From assembly GCA_964035575.1 (NCBI GenBank), contig OZ037833.1, forward strand, positions 1,054,001 through 1,118,000: DNA of 64,000 nt, given 5' to 3'. Origin of the DNA: Rhynchopus sp. YZ270_cl-10. Lineage: Eukaryota. The position numbers and the translations under genes are program-made. Below the pieces are notes generated by a model, which saw only the letters and a list, made by a program, of their open reading frames with translations, ran no database searches and was not told the DNA's origin. Shown piece by piece: positions 1-11,594 of this stretch. Every line of letters begins with the position of its first letter. Positions within the stretch are counted from its first letter, which is position 1.

Positions 1-440
1 TGTTTTTTGTGTTTTACTTTTTTTTTTTTGGAAAATTGGTACAGATCTCAAAATAAAAAAATGGTTGGAATCATGTTTATTTGCTGATTTGTGTGTGCAG
101 TTACCACTTTTCCTATTTTTTGGTACACACACCCACACATTTTTTTTTGGACAAACCGCAACACAGCAGCCTCCCCCTTCCTTTCCCCACAGTGTTTTTC
201 GTCCCTGCAGTTCTGTGGATTAACCCACCCTTCCCTTACCCACAGTGCTCTGTACTACCTACACCTAGTTTTTTTTTTTTTTTGGCCCATTCTTATGAGC
301 GCACAAATAAGTCCAGCCTTTTTCCCCTCCCCCTTTTTTGTTTTTTGTTCGACACGCGAGTAGGACATCTCAAGCGAAGGGTGGGCTTGGAGTGGATATA
401 TTCTGTGGCTGCACATGATTTTTCCCCCCCAAAATTTTTC

Positions 441-475
<35 letters not shown>

Positions 476-562
476 ACAGGATTGTCTCGACACTATATCC
501 TTCCCTCGAAACGTTGCTATTTTCAGGAAACATTAATGTAGGGGAGGAGCTGGTACGGGATG

Positions 563-682
563 TACACGACGGTGAAGGAAATGACTTGCCTTGTGGTTTT
601 CCTTGTGGTTTTCACCGTTGGCTTACAACAGTGAAAATCACAAGTAAACCACAAGGCAAGTCATTTACTTCACCGTCGTGTA
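563..682. mobile_element. Palindromic MITE flanked by TA (Tc1/mariner-type)
   Basis: TA|CACGACGGTGAAG...CTTCACCGTCGTG|TA; near-perfect inverted repeat over about 55 bp per arm with a 5-nt loop. Confidence 0.75.
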
Positions 683-1030
683 GGGGGGTTATATGAGTAT
701 TTGAAGGTGTGTGAATCACGGCGAAAAAAAACCCAAAACTGTGTGGGTGAAGGGGGTCCACCTAGATAGGGCTTCAACTACCACACAATCATCAGCAAAA
801 GACAAAAAGAGGGGGGATTGTGGGGGGGTTTTATAAGATGAACCTAAGCCTCTCTGCCACTTAGTTGCCCTAAACAAACAACTGTTTTTAGAATCCGCTC
901 TTTTTTTTTTTTTGTTGACTTTTTTTTTTTATTGTGTCGACAATCGCCTAAGGACCCTCTTAGGGAACCCTTGCGTCTTTTTTTTAAAATTATTGATGCC
1001 TTTTTCGTCATCAGAGAGAAGTCAAATGAC

Positions 1031-4000
1031 TTAGTTCAGATCAGCTTCGGGTGCCTTGTGACCCTTCGAGATGACGAGGGGTCCAAGCTGTTCGATCACG
1101 GAGTGGAAGAAATGGTGGAAGTCAAGAGCATCGCCACGGCCTCTTCTGAGCTCGACAAGCGTCCATTTAGGGGTCATCAGAGGATAGCAGTTCACGATGT
1201 AGGTCACGAGACCCCGGCTTGCGTTGGCAAAGCCCTTGATCTCGACAGCGTTGCCGGTCTTTCGCTTGGGGTTCCCCTTCAGCACCTCAAGGGCATCGAT
1301 GACAGCCTGGAAGGGGGTGATGGTGGTGGTGGTAGAAAACAACGAAAACAAAAAAAAAAAAAGAAAACAAAAGAAACCGTTGGGTAAAGATGAGACCAAG
1401 CCTTCCGTGTTTGGTCACGTTAGTGTGTTAAAAAAGAGGGAAATATAATCTGACAGAATATGACGAATAAAAAGAAAGCAACTTGGTGTGGCCGAACGGG
1501 GGGGTGCGATAAAGTGCTATTTTGGGGTCGTCAGCCACACCAACAAAGGGAAAAATAAGTATTGTTTTTCGTTTATCGCTCTGCAAAATTCTCGCCGTAT
1601 GAGTTGTGTTGAGATGAGGTAAAACAAAAATACTGAAATGAAAAAACAATTTGCAGACACGGGTTCGACACGTTGGCAGACCTGCTTGCATTTGTTTTTG
1701 CTTACAACCTCCCCTTTTCTCTTTTGCGCTGAGGAAGCTCCTTTCCCGCGGGGAGTACTTAGGACAGGATCTTCACCCTCTCCAAAAACATCGTAATCCT
1801 TGCGGGGGGAAAACGAGGTGTTTGCGAAACTCCGGGGGGAGGACGTGTTCGTGATGCTGGATGGTGCCACCTGCTCACACAGGACGTACCTGGGGTTGGG
1901 ATGATCCACGACCACGTGGCATACTTCCTCGACTACGTCGAGATCAAGGGGGCGAACGATGCGGAAGCCATCGGCGTCACCATCAGGGGGGTCTTCAGCA
2001 CCTTGAAAGATGCACACATTAACGTCTTCAGCGCTGTCGCTGACAAACGCAGCTGTCGTACAGAAGGCACTCACTCAGTTGCATGCAACGGACAGCGAGC
2101 GGACAGCTGCGACGGATGTCGTCTTCAGCAAGGAGGTAAGGAGGGCGACAGTGAAAGTGAGACTGACGATGACAACGCGTTGGCTTGGCAGCCTCACTCC
2201 CAGCTCTGAGGCAAACTGAGGCGTGCAAGACGAGTGAGGAGGCCCCCCCCTACACGATAGCGGTCCAGAAGGCAAGAAACAGTATCCCTGATCTGTCCAA
2301 CACGCTACAGAAGCACATCTCCCTAGGGAGAAGTGGGGAAGGATGCAACCTACTTCATCACAACACACATCAAAGGCGTGAAACATTTTTTCACTGCTCT
2401 GTACAAGAGCAAATGGCGTGAAAAAAAAAGTCGATTTTTCCCCCACGCAATTTTGCGGTCGCGTAACAGACAAAGTATTTTCACGTGATAAAATAACTAT
2501 TTATTCCGATGAAAAAAAGTAGACTTTATTTCACGAGATTTATTGCAGGAGCGTAGTGCAATAACGGTGAACGAGTCCACAAAAAGGTGGGTAAGTGGAA
2601 TAACGTCTGCTGTTTTTCATCGAATACGCAATTTTACTTTACGATTGAAAATACTTTTTCTGTAGGCTGACTGCAAAATGAGTGAAGACTTTTTAGACAG
2701 CCAAAAAAACAGACACGCACAACAATGCCTCGTGCAGCAAAGGAGAACAAGATGAAGGACGCATGAAGCTGACATAACTGCCGTCACGTCCTGCCTGCGA
2801 GAAAGAGTGGCAGAAGTTCAAGAAGCACAATCGAACCTCAAGAACACCATTACGTGCCCTACATCACCATAATGCGGGAGAACAATCCCAAGAGCAGTAC
2901 CCTCTGGTGTTACAGCAAACTCAACAAATGCACACAGGAACACTCCGGACACCTCCTTGAAGAAATACGAAAGACGTGAAGCAGTCTGTCACGATGACGA
3001 ACTATAAAATTGAAGCACCTTGCAGATGCAGAACTATCTCGGCTGGTGGTCTCCAGCGCTGCCAGGCAGGTACCACGATGCAATTGAGGCCACAGACAGT
3101 CATGGCAAACCTGATCACAGACATGAGAATCACCAAAATCACCCTCCCACCGGGTGCGATATTTCTGTGCTGTGCATGTATCCATACTCAGATTCCCCTC
3201 ACCTACAAACAGAGACAAACAGGTAGTATTGTTTCATTGTATGGTGTGGCTGAAAGGGGGAGCAAAAAGTGCGGAAAAAGTGCGAATCAGCCCCCAAAAA
3301 AAATTTTCCCGCCTTGTATAAGTTGAACACTGTGTACTGTAGGTACTGTTTTTGTGGGTACCTACCTGTGTACCTGTGTACCTGTGTACCTGTGTACCTG
3401 TGTACCTGTGTACCTGTGTACCTGTGTACCTGTGTACCTGTGTACCTGTGTACCTGTGTACCTGTGTACCTGTGTACCTGTGTACCTGTGTACCTGTGTA
3501 CCTGTGTACCTGTGTACCTGTGTACCTGTGTACCTGTGTACCTGTGTACCTGTGTACCTGTGTACCTGTGTACCTGTGTACCTGTGTACCTGTGTACCTG
3601 TGTACCTGTGTACCTGTGTACCTGTGTACCTGTGTACCTGTGTACCTGTGTACCTGTGTACCTGTGTACCTGTGTACCTGTGTACCTGTGTACCTGTGTA
3701 CCTGTGTACCTGTGTACCTGTGTACCTGTGTACCTGTGTACCTGTGTACCTGTGTACCTGTGTACCTGTGTACCTGTGTACCTGTGTACCTGTGTACCTG
3801 TGTACCTGTGTACCTGTCACAGACACAGTCAGCAAGCCTACATGGTAAAAGTGCGAATAAGTACGGAAAAAGTGCGAATAGGTGCGGAAAAGTGCGGATC
3901 ACCCCCTTCAGCCACACCATTGTACAAAATCAATAGAGTGAAACTTTTTGTTCCGAAGAGAGCCTCCACAAAAATCGCGTGAAATAAAGTCGATATCATT

Positions 4001-6902
4001 TCACGCAATTTTGCGGTTATGTAACAGACAAAGTATTTTCAGGCGTGAAATAAAAAAATTGTTTCGAAAACTAAAAAAAGGAAGAAAAAATATACCTTGA
4101 CAGTGCCGTTGCAGTCCATGCCCACGCACATGCGGGTTGCAGACTTGGCGATGGAGCCGGGGAGTGCGGAGGAGTTGACGGAGCTCAGGTGCGAGAGAGA
4201 CGCCTGCATCATGCGTTGTGCGAGGCCAAAGGCGGAGAGCTGGTGTGCGGACTCGGGGCCCTTCGTTTCCGTGGACCCTGTCGCCTCGTCCACTTGCTTC
4301 ACGGCACCCGCGACTTGTTGCTGAGACACTGACACCTGAGGGGAGGGTGAGGGATGAGGTTGGGTTTTATGTGCGAGAAAAGTTGGTAAGATGCCCCGCA
4401 TAAGATGTCCCACTGCGTAGCCACCTTTGGGATCCCACTCCAAAGAAACAGAAAAGTTTGTAAAAATGAATGCAGCCTTTCATCCCACCGGCCGCGTACA
4501 TTACTACGCCCCCCTAATTAAATCCACTTCGCCACATGCGGACTTACTTAGGGGTCACCGTAATAAAAGTTCACCGTAATCACTTTGCTACGAATGGCCG
4601 CTTTTTGCAGAACTGAAAATGTGGCCTTATAGTGTTCACCGCAATAAAAAAGTTGTTTCATATACATTCTTTTTCTAATGAAAAGAAGGTACAAAAAAAG
4701 TGAAGTTATTGATGCAGGCACCTCCAACTGACCCACGTACGCTGCCAGCCCCGGATGAAAGCACAACAAAAAAAAAAAAAAAATGGCCGTAATGCGAAGT
4801 ATGTGTGTCGGTGTGTGTTGAAAGCAAATGTGGGAAGTTCTGAAGAGCAAAGCATTGCCCATAAAAGAAACCGACCCTCGATGGAATGTGTGTGTCTATC
4901 TGTCGATAACTAATAAGGGTAATTCGTGTGCAGAATATGGCCCCAATGTGTGTGTGCGTGTGCGTCTTCACCTGACATACCCTCTTCCCCTTGCACTTCT
5001 CAAGCTTCGAGTTGTCGAAGTCCTTCTGGAACCACGCGTCCTCGATCACACCTTCAAGTGTCGCACGACTTTTCGGCTCAACAATCAACATTTTGCTGAT
5101 AATGTTCCGCACCTGTAAAGTGTATTTGTGTTTTGACATCAGTTTTTTTGAGTAATTTTTAAGTACAACGTAGCCCACCTGCATCTCCTGCTTAGCCAGC
5201 CACATTGATCACAAACCATTTGCCGCACATCAGCTACGACTGATGTGCCCTGCGGGAGGGCTACCGTATTCGTACAAATTATCGACCGTACTAATGTTCG
5301 ACCTTTTCAGTATTTTCCTGACCTTTTTTACGGTCAATAATTTGTACGAATACGGCAATACCATTTCCCATCAAAAAAGTGAAAGAAAAAAAAATGAAAA
5401 AAAAAGAGAAAAGTTGAAAGTGCAAACGCCTCACCGTTCATCGGCGCTCAGGGGCACTGCTTCTCCGCAGGTTGTCGAAACCCCAGAGAGCACTTCATTG
5501 GCATGCACACAGTTACCACGAGGGAGGTTGTAATCATTGCCAACCAGAAAAGGAGGAGGAGTATTTCACGCAAAGAAGTCAAAATGCCTCGTGTCCTGGC
5601 GGACAGCACAAGGTGTCTACTCTAGCCTATCAGGGCTGGGGCCCCCCGCGGAGCGGAGTGAATGCACCCTAAGCCTTTTTTATCCTAATGAAGGGGCGAC
5701 GTAGCACCGAGTTTAGCAGCACGTGTGCACGTCGTCTCAATTAGCTTTCCCATTATTCGTCCACTACACCGTGCCTCTCACGTTTGCGTAGAGAGTCTGT
5801 CCGCTCACCAAAGCAGCAGCGCTGACAGCACCTCAACGTCCACAACAAGCTCGATGCAAATCACGTCGCGAGGAAAAAAAAATGGTAGTTATTGCACCTC
5901 CGACTGACCTACTGTACGATGCCAGCCATCCGGATGAAGGCACAAAGTACCCTACAGCCAGAAGGTGCAACAACGCAACCTTAATGGCTTGCCCCGCACC
6001 GCAGTGCGAATTTTAAAATAGTCTCAGGTAGGTAAAGTTGTTTTCGTTGATTTGCACAAATCCTCCTATCCTTGAGGGATGATTTGGCGAACCGAACCCC
6101 GGTAAATACTATTTCTCCTTTAAAGCAAGCTTCGTATAAAAAAAGGGTATCAATTTCTCTTCTTCTCCCCTTTCCCCTTTCTGAATCATACCGGCTCTGA
6201 GAAATGTCTTGCCATCCTATAATCGCCTCTCTCGATCTTGTTAAAGAGTGCGTTCATGTTTGGGTCATCGAATGGGAGGTACCCTGCAAGCATGACAAAG
6301 AGGATCACACCGCAGGACCAGATGTCCGCTGTGATGCCGTTGTAGCCCTTCTCCTTCAGCACTTCGGGGGCAACGTAGTTGGGTGTCCCGCATACAGTTT
6401 GCAGAAGGGTGCCACCACCACCTGCCCCTCCACGTTGCAGGTTCGAAAGCCCGAAATCGGAAATCTTAAGGTTGTCGTTACCATCCAGGAGAAGGTTCTC
6501 CGGCTTCAGATCTCTGTGTGCAATGCCCTGCTGATGGCAGTAGTAAACGCCCATAATAAGCTGCTGGAAGTATCGACGTGCAACAGGTTCCTCGAACCGC
6601 TTTGCGGCCACGATTTTATCAAAAAGCTCTCCACCAGTGATGATTTCGAGAATGAGATAAATGTGCTTTTGCGTCTGCAGTACCTCGCGGAGCTGCACAA
6701 TGTGCTCGTGGCGGAGCAGCTTCATCACCGCAATCTCTCTCTTCAACTGTTCCTCCATGTGTTCCTTCGCAAGCTGCGCCTTGTCGATAATCTTAATCGC
6801 AAATTCCCCGTCCGTCTCGGTATCAATCCCATGTTTCACCTTACTGAACGTCCCCGTTCCCAAGGTCCGTCCTAACTCGTATTTTCCTATTTTTTTCGGC
6901 AT
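1031..6902 (-). CDS. CIPK/SnRK3-like Ser/Thr protein kinase, 4 exons (6902-6192, 5112-4981, 4335-4096, 1306-1031), about 452 aa
   Basis: Complete kinase motifs (GTGTFSKV, AIK, HRDLKPEN, DFG, CGTPNYVAPE, DIWSCG). Three phase-0 GT..AG introns join four ORF pieces in frame. Exon 3 has a NAF-like motif (LSAFGL). Exon 4 has a CIPK-type C-terminal motif (LVELRRGRGDALDFHHFF). Confidence 0.9.
1484..1542. mobile_element. Short member of the TGGTGTGGC-TIR family
   Basis: TGGTGTGGCCGA...TCAGCCACACCA; reverse-complement-similar to 26807-26883; no clear TSD. Confidence 0.6.
1815..2210 (+). pseudogene. Decayed hAT-like transposase fragment in kinase intron 3
   Basis: Across two frameshifts it reads VFVMLDGAT...YLGLG / MIHDHVAYFLDYVEIKGANDAEAI...VFSAVAD / NAAVVQKAL. 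This matches the D..W/T and TDNAANM-like RNase H-fold core of hAT transposases. Confidence 0.6.
3242..3919. mobile_element. Non-autonomous TIR element (TGGTGTGGC family) carrying an 8-bp microsatellite
   Basis: TIRs TGGTGTGGCTGAAAGGGGG / CCCCCTTCAGCCACACCA; 5-bp TSD TTGTA at 3237-3241 and 3920-3924. Confidence 0.85.
3363..3817. repeat. (TGTACCTG)n microsatellite, about 57 copies
   Basis: Perfect 8-bp tandem array read directly from the sequence. Confidence 0.98.
5264..5355. mobile_element. Tc1/mariner-type MITE in kinase intron 1
   Basis: TIRs CCGTATTCGTACAAATTATCGACCGTA / TACGGTCAATAATTTGTACGAATACGG; flanked by TA on the left and CA on the right. Confidence 0.7.
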
Positions 6903-8305
6903 TTTATTATAATTGACGCAGCGAAAAAAAGGGAGAAATGGAGTCTATCTAAGGGGGAACAGACAAGCGGGGGGGGGAAGTCAAGAAAAACCAAGAGAAA
7001 AAAGTACGGGGAAGGGAGGCCTAAAGAGACAGAAGGGGAAAGACAGAAGTGTGTGTGTGTAGAATAAGGTGCTGTGTGTCGGTTGTGTCTGTGTGTAACT
7101 TTTTTTTTTTTTTGAAGAAGTTTTTTTTTTTGTGTCTCATGCAGATAAGAATGTGTATGTGTGGGGGGGAAATGGTACCACAGTATGGGGTAGCTACGAG
7201 AGAACCTGAACTCCCATGTTCTCCTCTCTGGTATCTACGGTGACCCGATCGCACAACACCGTGATGCTCCTACCACCATGGAGCATGGCCCTATAAAACA
7301 GAGAGAAAGAAAGAACCCCTCGGGCCATCATATTGCCGCCCAGCAATATGCGGCAGTTACGAGAGGAACTGAACTCCCATGTTCTCTAGTCCCTAATACC
7401 TACAGGCTGTCCCATCGCACAGTGCCGTTGGGTTGAGAGGATACTGGATGTGTTTGCAGCTGGCATCGCTTCTGTGGAATAGGGAAGGGGTTGGAAGTGC
7501 ACAACACCTCCTCCTCTCCCTATCTCCGCCTCACCATCCACAGGCCGGACTGCAGCAGACACAACCCACAGTACGCACTAATTCTGCGGGGGCTTTATTG
7601 GAACCCTAACCCACCCACCCCCTCTCTATCTCCGCACCACCATCCACAGCGCGGACTGCTGCTCCGAGGCTCCTATCGAACCCCAACCCACCCACCTCCA
7701 CCCCCCCACCACCCCCAGCAACGCCAAGGTACTCTCATGCTGCAACCACGGCAAGCCGAGGTGCCAGAAATGCACGAAAGCACCCTATGGCTTGGGCACG
7801 TTCCACCCTGTTCCACACTCACACACACACTCACCATCATTTCTTTGATAAATCTGTTTGGTTGCAGTGCAGCTTCCGTTCAGACTCTCAACTAAGCACT
7901 TTAGTGAGAAATATGACGATAGAAACTTAATAGAAACACACGATAAACCCCATGGGAGAGAGAGGGGGTTGGTGGTGAAACGCACAACACCTCAACCTGT
8001 TTTTGGTGAGGCGTGGCTTCTGCAGCGCGGTTCGTCCCCCCCCAGAACCACAAAAAGTGTTGTTCAAAATGCTTTCTATTTTCCTCCTTCATTTCATGAC
8101 AAAACTAAAAATGGAAGGTTGGTCGAGAAACGGCGCGTTTTGAACAAAAAGCGTCGGAAGTGATACAGCTCACCTCAGAAGAAGGTATCGGGCCTCTTAT
8201 CCAAGCGTGGGGGGAAGGGGGATATGGGGATATGGGAAAGCTCGCAAGATAGATGCGTCTCGCTCTTGCAGTCACAACTTTTACCCCCAAAAAAAAAAAG
8301 GTGTA

Positions 8306-8704
8306 TAGGGGAGCCTATGCACCGGCTATTCCTTCATTTGGCTCGGAAAATTTGGCGCCTTTCGGCAAAAAAACCCAAAAAATAGATGAAACTACCCTAT
8401 ATACCTCACCAAAAATCACTTTCCGCCGGGTTTCAGGCACTTTTGAGCCTTTTTTCTTCAAATATTTTTTTGAAAAAAATCTGCAAAAAAACTGAAAATG
8501 GCAAAGGCAAATCCAGTGTAAAATGACAATTTTCAACAAAATGTGCGTTTAAATGTGCCAACGGGCAGCATTTTGTTTAAATTTTTGCTCATTTGAGTCC
8601 ACAGAGTCCCAAAAAATGCATTGCCGGGGTCGTAGGTCAAAAAAGACTTAGAAATTTCAATTTAAAATCAAAAGGAGCCTAAATTACCGGTATAGGCTCC
8701 CCTA
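8306..8704. mobile_element. hAT-like MITE
   Basis: TIRs TAGGGGAGCCTAT / ATAGGCTCCCCTA; flanking direct repeat AGGTGTA at 8299-8305 and 8705-8711. Confidence 0.8.
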
Positions 8705-9125
8705 AGGTGTACTAAAAAAAGGCGGGGAGACTAAGAAGGATACACTCAAGCCTTACATTTGCCATCAGGAAGATTCAGGGGTCGAGGGGTCGAGGGGGGC
8801 GCACCGAGTTAAAAGGCTTTTTTAAAAGGGAAAAGAGAGGTGTGCAGTCACCTTGATAAAAATGTGAAAAATGAAAAAAAAAAAAAAAAAAAACATCAAA
8901 CACAATTCTTTCTAAGACAATTCCAGCCCAAAATGACAAAAAAAGAGAAGACAAACTGCTCTCCCCAAGGTGCCCCCTAACATAGCTTCTTTCTGTTATT
9001 TCTGATTAGTGTACGTTGCCTCGGTTGTAGTTGTCACAGTTTTTTTTTGTGCAATCCTCCATTTTTCTTGTCGACAATCGTTGCAGCATTCACCTTAGAA
9101 GGGAAACCTCAAAGCTTCAATTTTT

Positions 9126-9557
9126 CTATTCCTTCGGAACCTTAATGACTTTTCGCACTTTCCGTTTGGGTTTTATTGTGTCAGGCATGGTGCTCTCATC
9201 CGCATCGCTATCTGGTGTGTCCTGCACCTCTAACGAAGCCGCCGAAGTGGAGGAAACTCTAGACCGTAGGGTCTTCAACCAGGCAGCGTCTGCATATTTG
9301 AGAACACTCTTTGGAAGCGCTTTGAGGAGGTCGACAGTCTCTTCCGCATGCTTTCCACCCTTCGGTGCGTCATCGGAGGAGTCATCTGCAGTACCTCCCG
9401 TCTCCTTTGGCACCGTTGCGATTCCTGCATCAGATTTATCCTTGACCACCTTGGCTACCTTCTTTTTCACCACCTTTGTCCTCTTAGCTGTGCTCTTTCC
9501 TTTAACTGTCTTCGAAGGTGTTTTTAACACACGAAGCATCTTCGCCACTGCCGACAT
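9126..9557 (-). CDS. Hypothetical Lys-rich protein, 143 aa
   Basis: ATG-initiated ORF on the cluster strand with protein-like composition (basic termini, acidic centre) and a pyrimidine-rich upstream tract; no recognisable domain. Confidence 0.55.
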   Translation of the reverse strand: MSAVAKMLRVLKTPSKTVKGKSTAKRTKVVKKKVAKVVKDKSDAGIATVPKETGGTADDSSDDAPKGGKHAEETVDLLKALPKSVLKYADAAWLKTLRSRVSSTSAASLEVQDTPDSDADESTMPDTIKPKRKVRKVIKVPKE

Positions 9558-10669
9558 ATTATTTGAGAAAAAAAAAAGTGAGTTTTTGGTAAGTGGGGGT
9601 GAAAAAGATGTGGGGTCTGTTGGAAAACGAAAATTTAGTGTAGTTTTTTTTTTGTGTTTTCCTCACCCTGTGATGTTAGGTTCTGACTGAAGGGGGAAAT
9701 GGATTCGTTTAAAAAAAAAAGTTGAGCTGTTTGGTTTTCTCTGTTTTTTTTTTTGGTTTTGCTTTTGAGGGTATGCACATTTTGTTTTGGTACGACACAT
9801 GTTTTTTTTTTTTTTGCTTTTTTTTAGTTTTGTTTTTGTCACCCGATAGTAGAAACAAAGCAAATCTCTCAATGACACACGAAGTACAGAACAGACTAGG
9901 GGTTGGTAAAGGGGGGGTTTTTTTTGTTGTATCGACAATCACGTTATACCTACTGGAATAACGATCTGTACTCAATGTCGGCCGAAGCCTATGTACTTCA
10001 GAAGGAAGAGACGCAGATCATTTTTTGTAATTTCGCCAGTCCCCTATCCGAAGAAAGGTTTCTGCTACACAAAGTCCGCCTCGACACAGGGCTAATGAAT
10101 TTCAAAGGTACAGATTTTTGTTTTTGTTGAAATCTTGGTTTTTGTATTGAGTGTAGACACCCTGAGGATGCTCGCAACTATATACTCAAAAGTTGGCTTG
10201 AAATACAAAAGCCCTCTCCCAGTGGACCTTTTGTACAACTTTTTGGGGGGAAAGGGGAGGGGGAAACATATTGCTGGGTACAATTACCTGAAACATGGAA
10301 GGGTATTTGAGTCATTCTAAGAGAAAACTCTCTTCCCTTTTTCTGAAAACCCACCACCTGTAAGACACACAGCCCACAGAGGAAAGGGCTTTAACACAAA
10401 ATACACACGGGATAACGTCAGAGCCCCCATCCTCCCCTCCCTCCCCCCCTATTTTTATCATAAAAAATTGGTCTGAAAATGGTCAGTCACCGTAGATGGA
10501 CATTAACATTTTTTTTTGAAAACTTGGGATTAGTGTAGACACCCTGGGGATGAGCTCCACTTTTTTCTTTCCTTTTTTTGAAAATATGGTTGTGTTAGTG
10601 TAGACATCCAAAAACAAAGAGAGAATCACCCTTTTTCTCTTGTGTGTAGCAACTATGCACACCCTATAG

Positions 10670-10725
10670 CAGTGCTGTAAGAATACGCTTACGGATACGT
10701 AAGAATACGTATTCTTACAGCACTG
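10670..10725. mobile_element. 56-bp hAT-type MITE
   Basis: 18-bp perfect TIRs CAGTGCTGTAAGAATACG; 8-bp TSD CCCTATAG at 10662-10669 and 10726-10733. Confidence 0.9.
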
Positions 10726-11594
10726 CCCTATAGGGGTTCTGGAAAAACAAAGTGAAGTTATTAATGCAGGCACCTCCCGCTGGACCGTACGATGCCAGCT
10801 GGATGAAAGCACAAACAAACACAGTCACGATGTTCCTTCACATTGCATGGCGGGGAAGAAGAAAAAAAATGCCACACAGAGCAACACACTCAACCCTGGA
10901 AGACAAAAGGTTTTCGGATGCGGAAATAAAGACAAAACAAAGGTTTTTTTCAAAAGATGATCCCCAGCCTCGTTTCGTCACCTTGAAAAAAGAAAAAGGA
11001 AAATGAAGAGATAAAAAAAAACTTAAAAGGGAATGGGTCTCTCTGATGCCCACCTAAAATAGGTTAGCTTTGGCACAGCCATCTTTTTGAATACGGTAAT
11101 ACAGTACTATTACCCCCTCCCCTTTTTTTCCACAAGGACACTTACACTCTTCCCGACCTTCCCCTTGCCCTTTTTAACCCCCCCTCAAAACAGCACACTT
11201 TCACAAATGGTACATGGTATAGTTGCAATGCCTTTGGCAGAGTGCAAAACGCTATAAAAGAAGAAAAATAAAGTTCTGTTTAGATGACCCAAAGCCTCCT
11301 AAGTGCCCATCCTAAACAAATTAGACTCCTATACTTTCAGTTCACAGAATTGAAAGTATTTGAGAATAAACAAAGAAAAAGTTATCAGATGAAAATAAGG
11401 AGTAGGCACCTTGAAAAAAAACAAAAAAGAGGGGAGTAAGAACCACAACAGTACGTGGGCAAAACCACACAACAATATTTTTTTTGTCGACGAACAAAAA
11501 GGGACAGAAACAAACAAAAACACACGAAAAAATAAGGGGGTTTAAAAGATGACTTCAAGTATAGAAGAACCCCCCCTTCACTATGCCTGCTCGT

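Noticed and set aside
2724..3230. Coding-like stretch beginning MPRAAKENKMK in kinase intron 3
   Set aside because: Interrupted by stops with no recognisable motif; cannot be assigned.
3234..3982. ORFs with VPVYLCTC / HRYTGTQV repeats (also 34190-34642)
   Set aside because: Artefacts of the stop-free 8-bp microsatellite.
7190..7730. Local imperfect duplications (GAACTCCCATGTTCTC twice; CCATCCACAG..CGGACTGC twice)
   Set aside because: Look like ordinary decayed tandem duplications; no TIR, TSD or coding signal.
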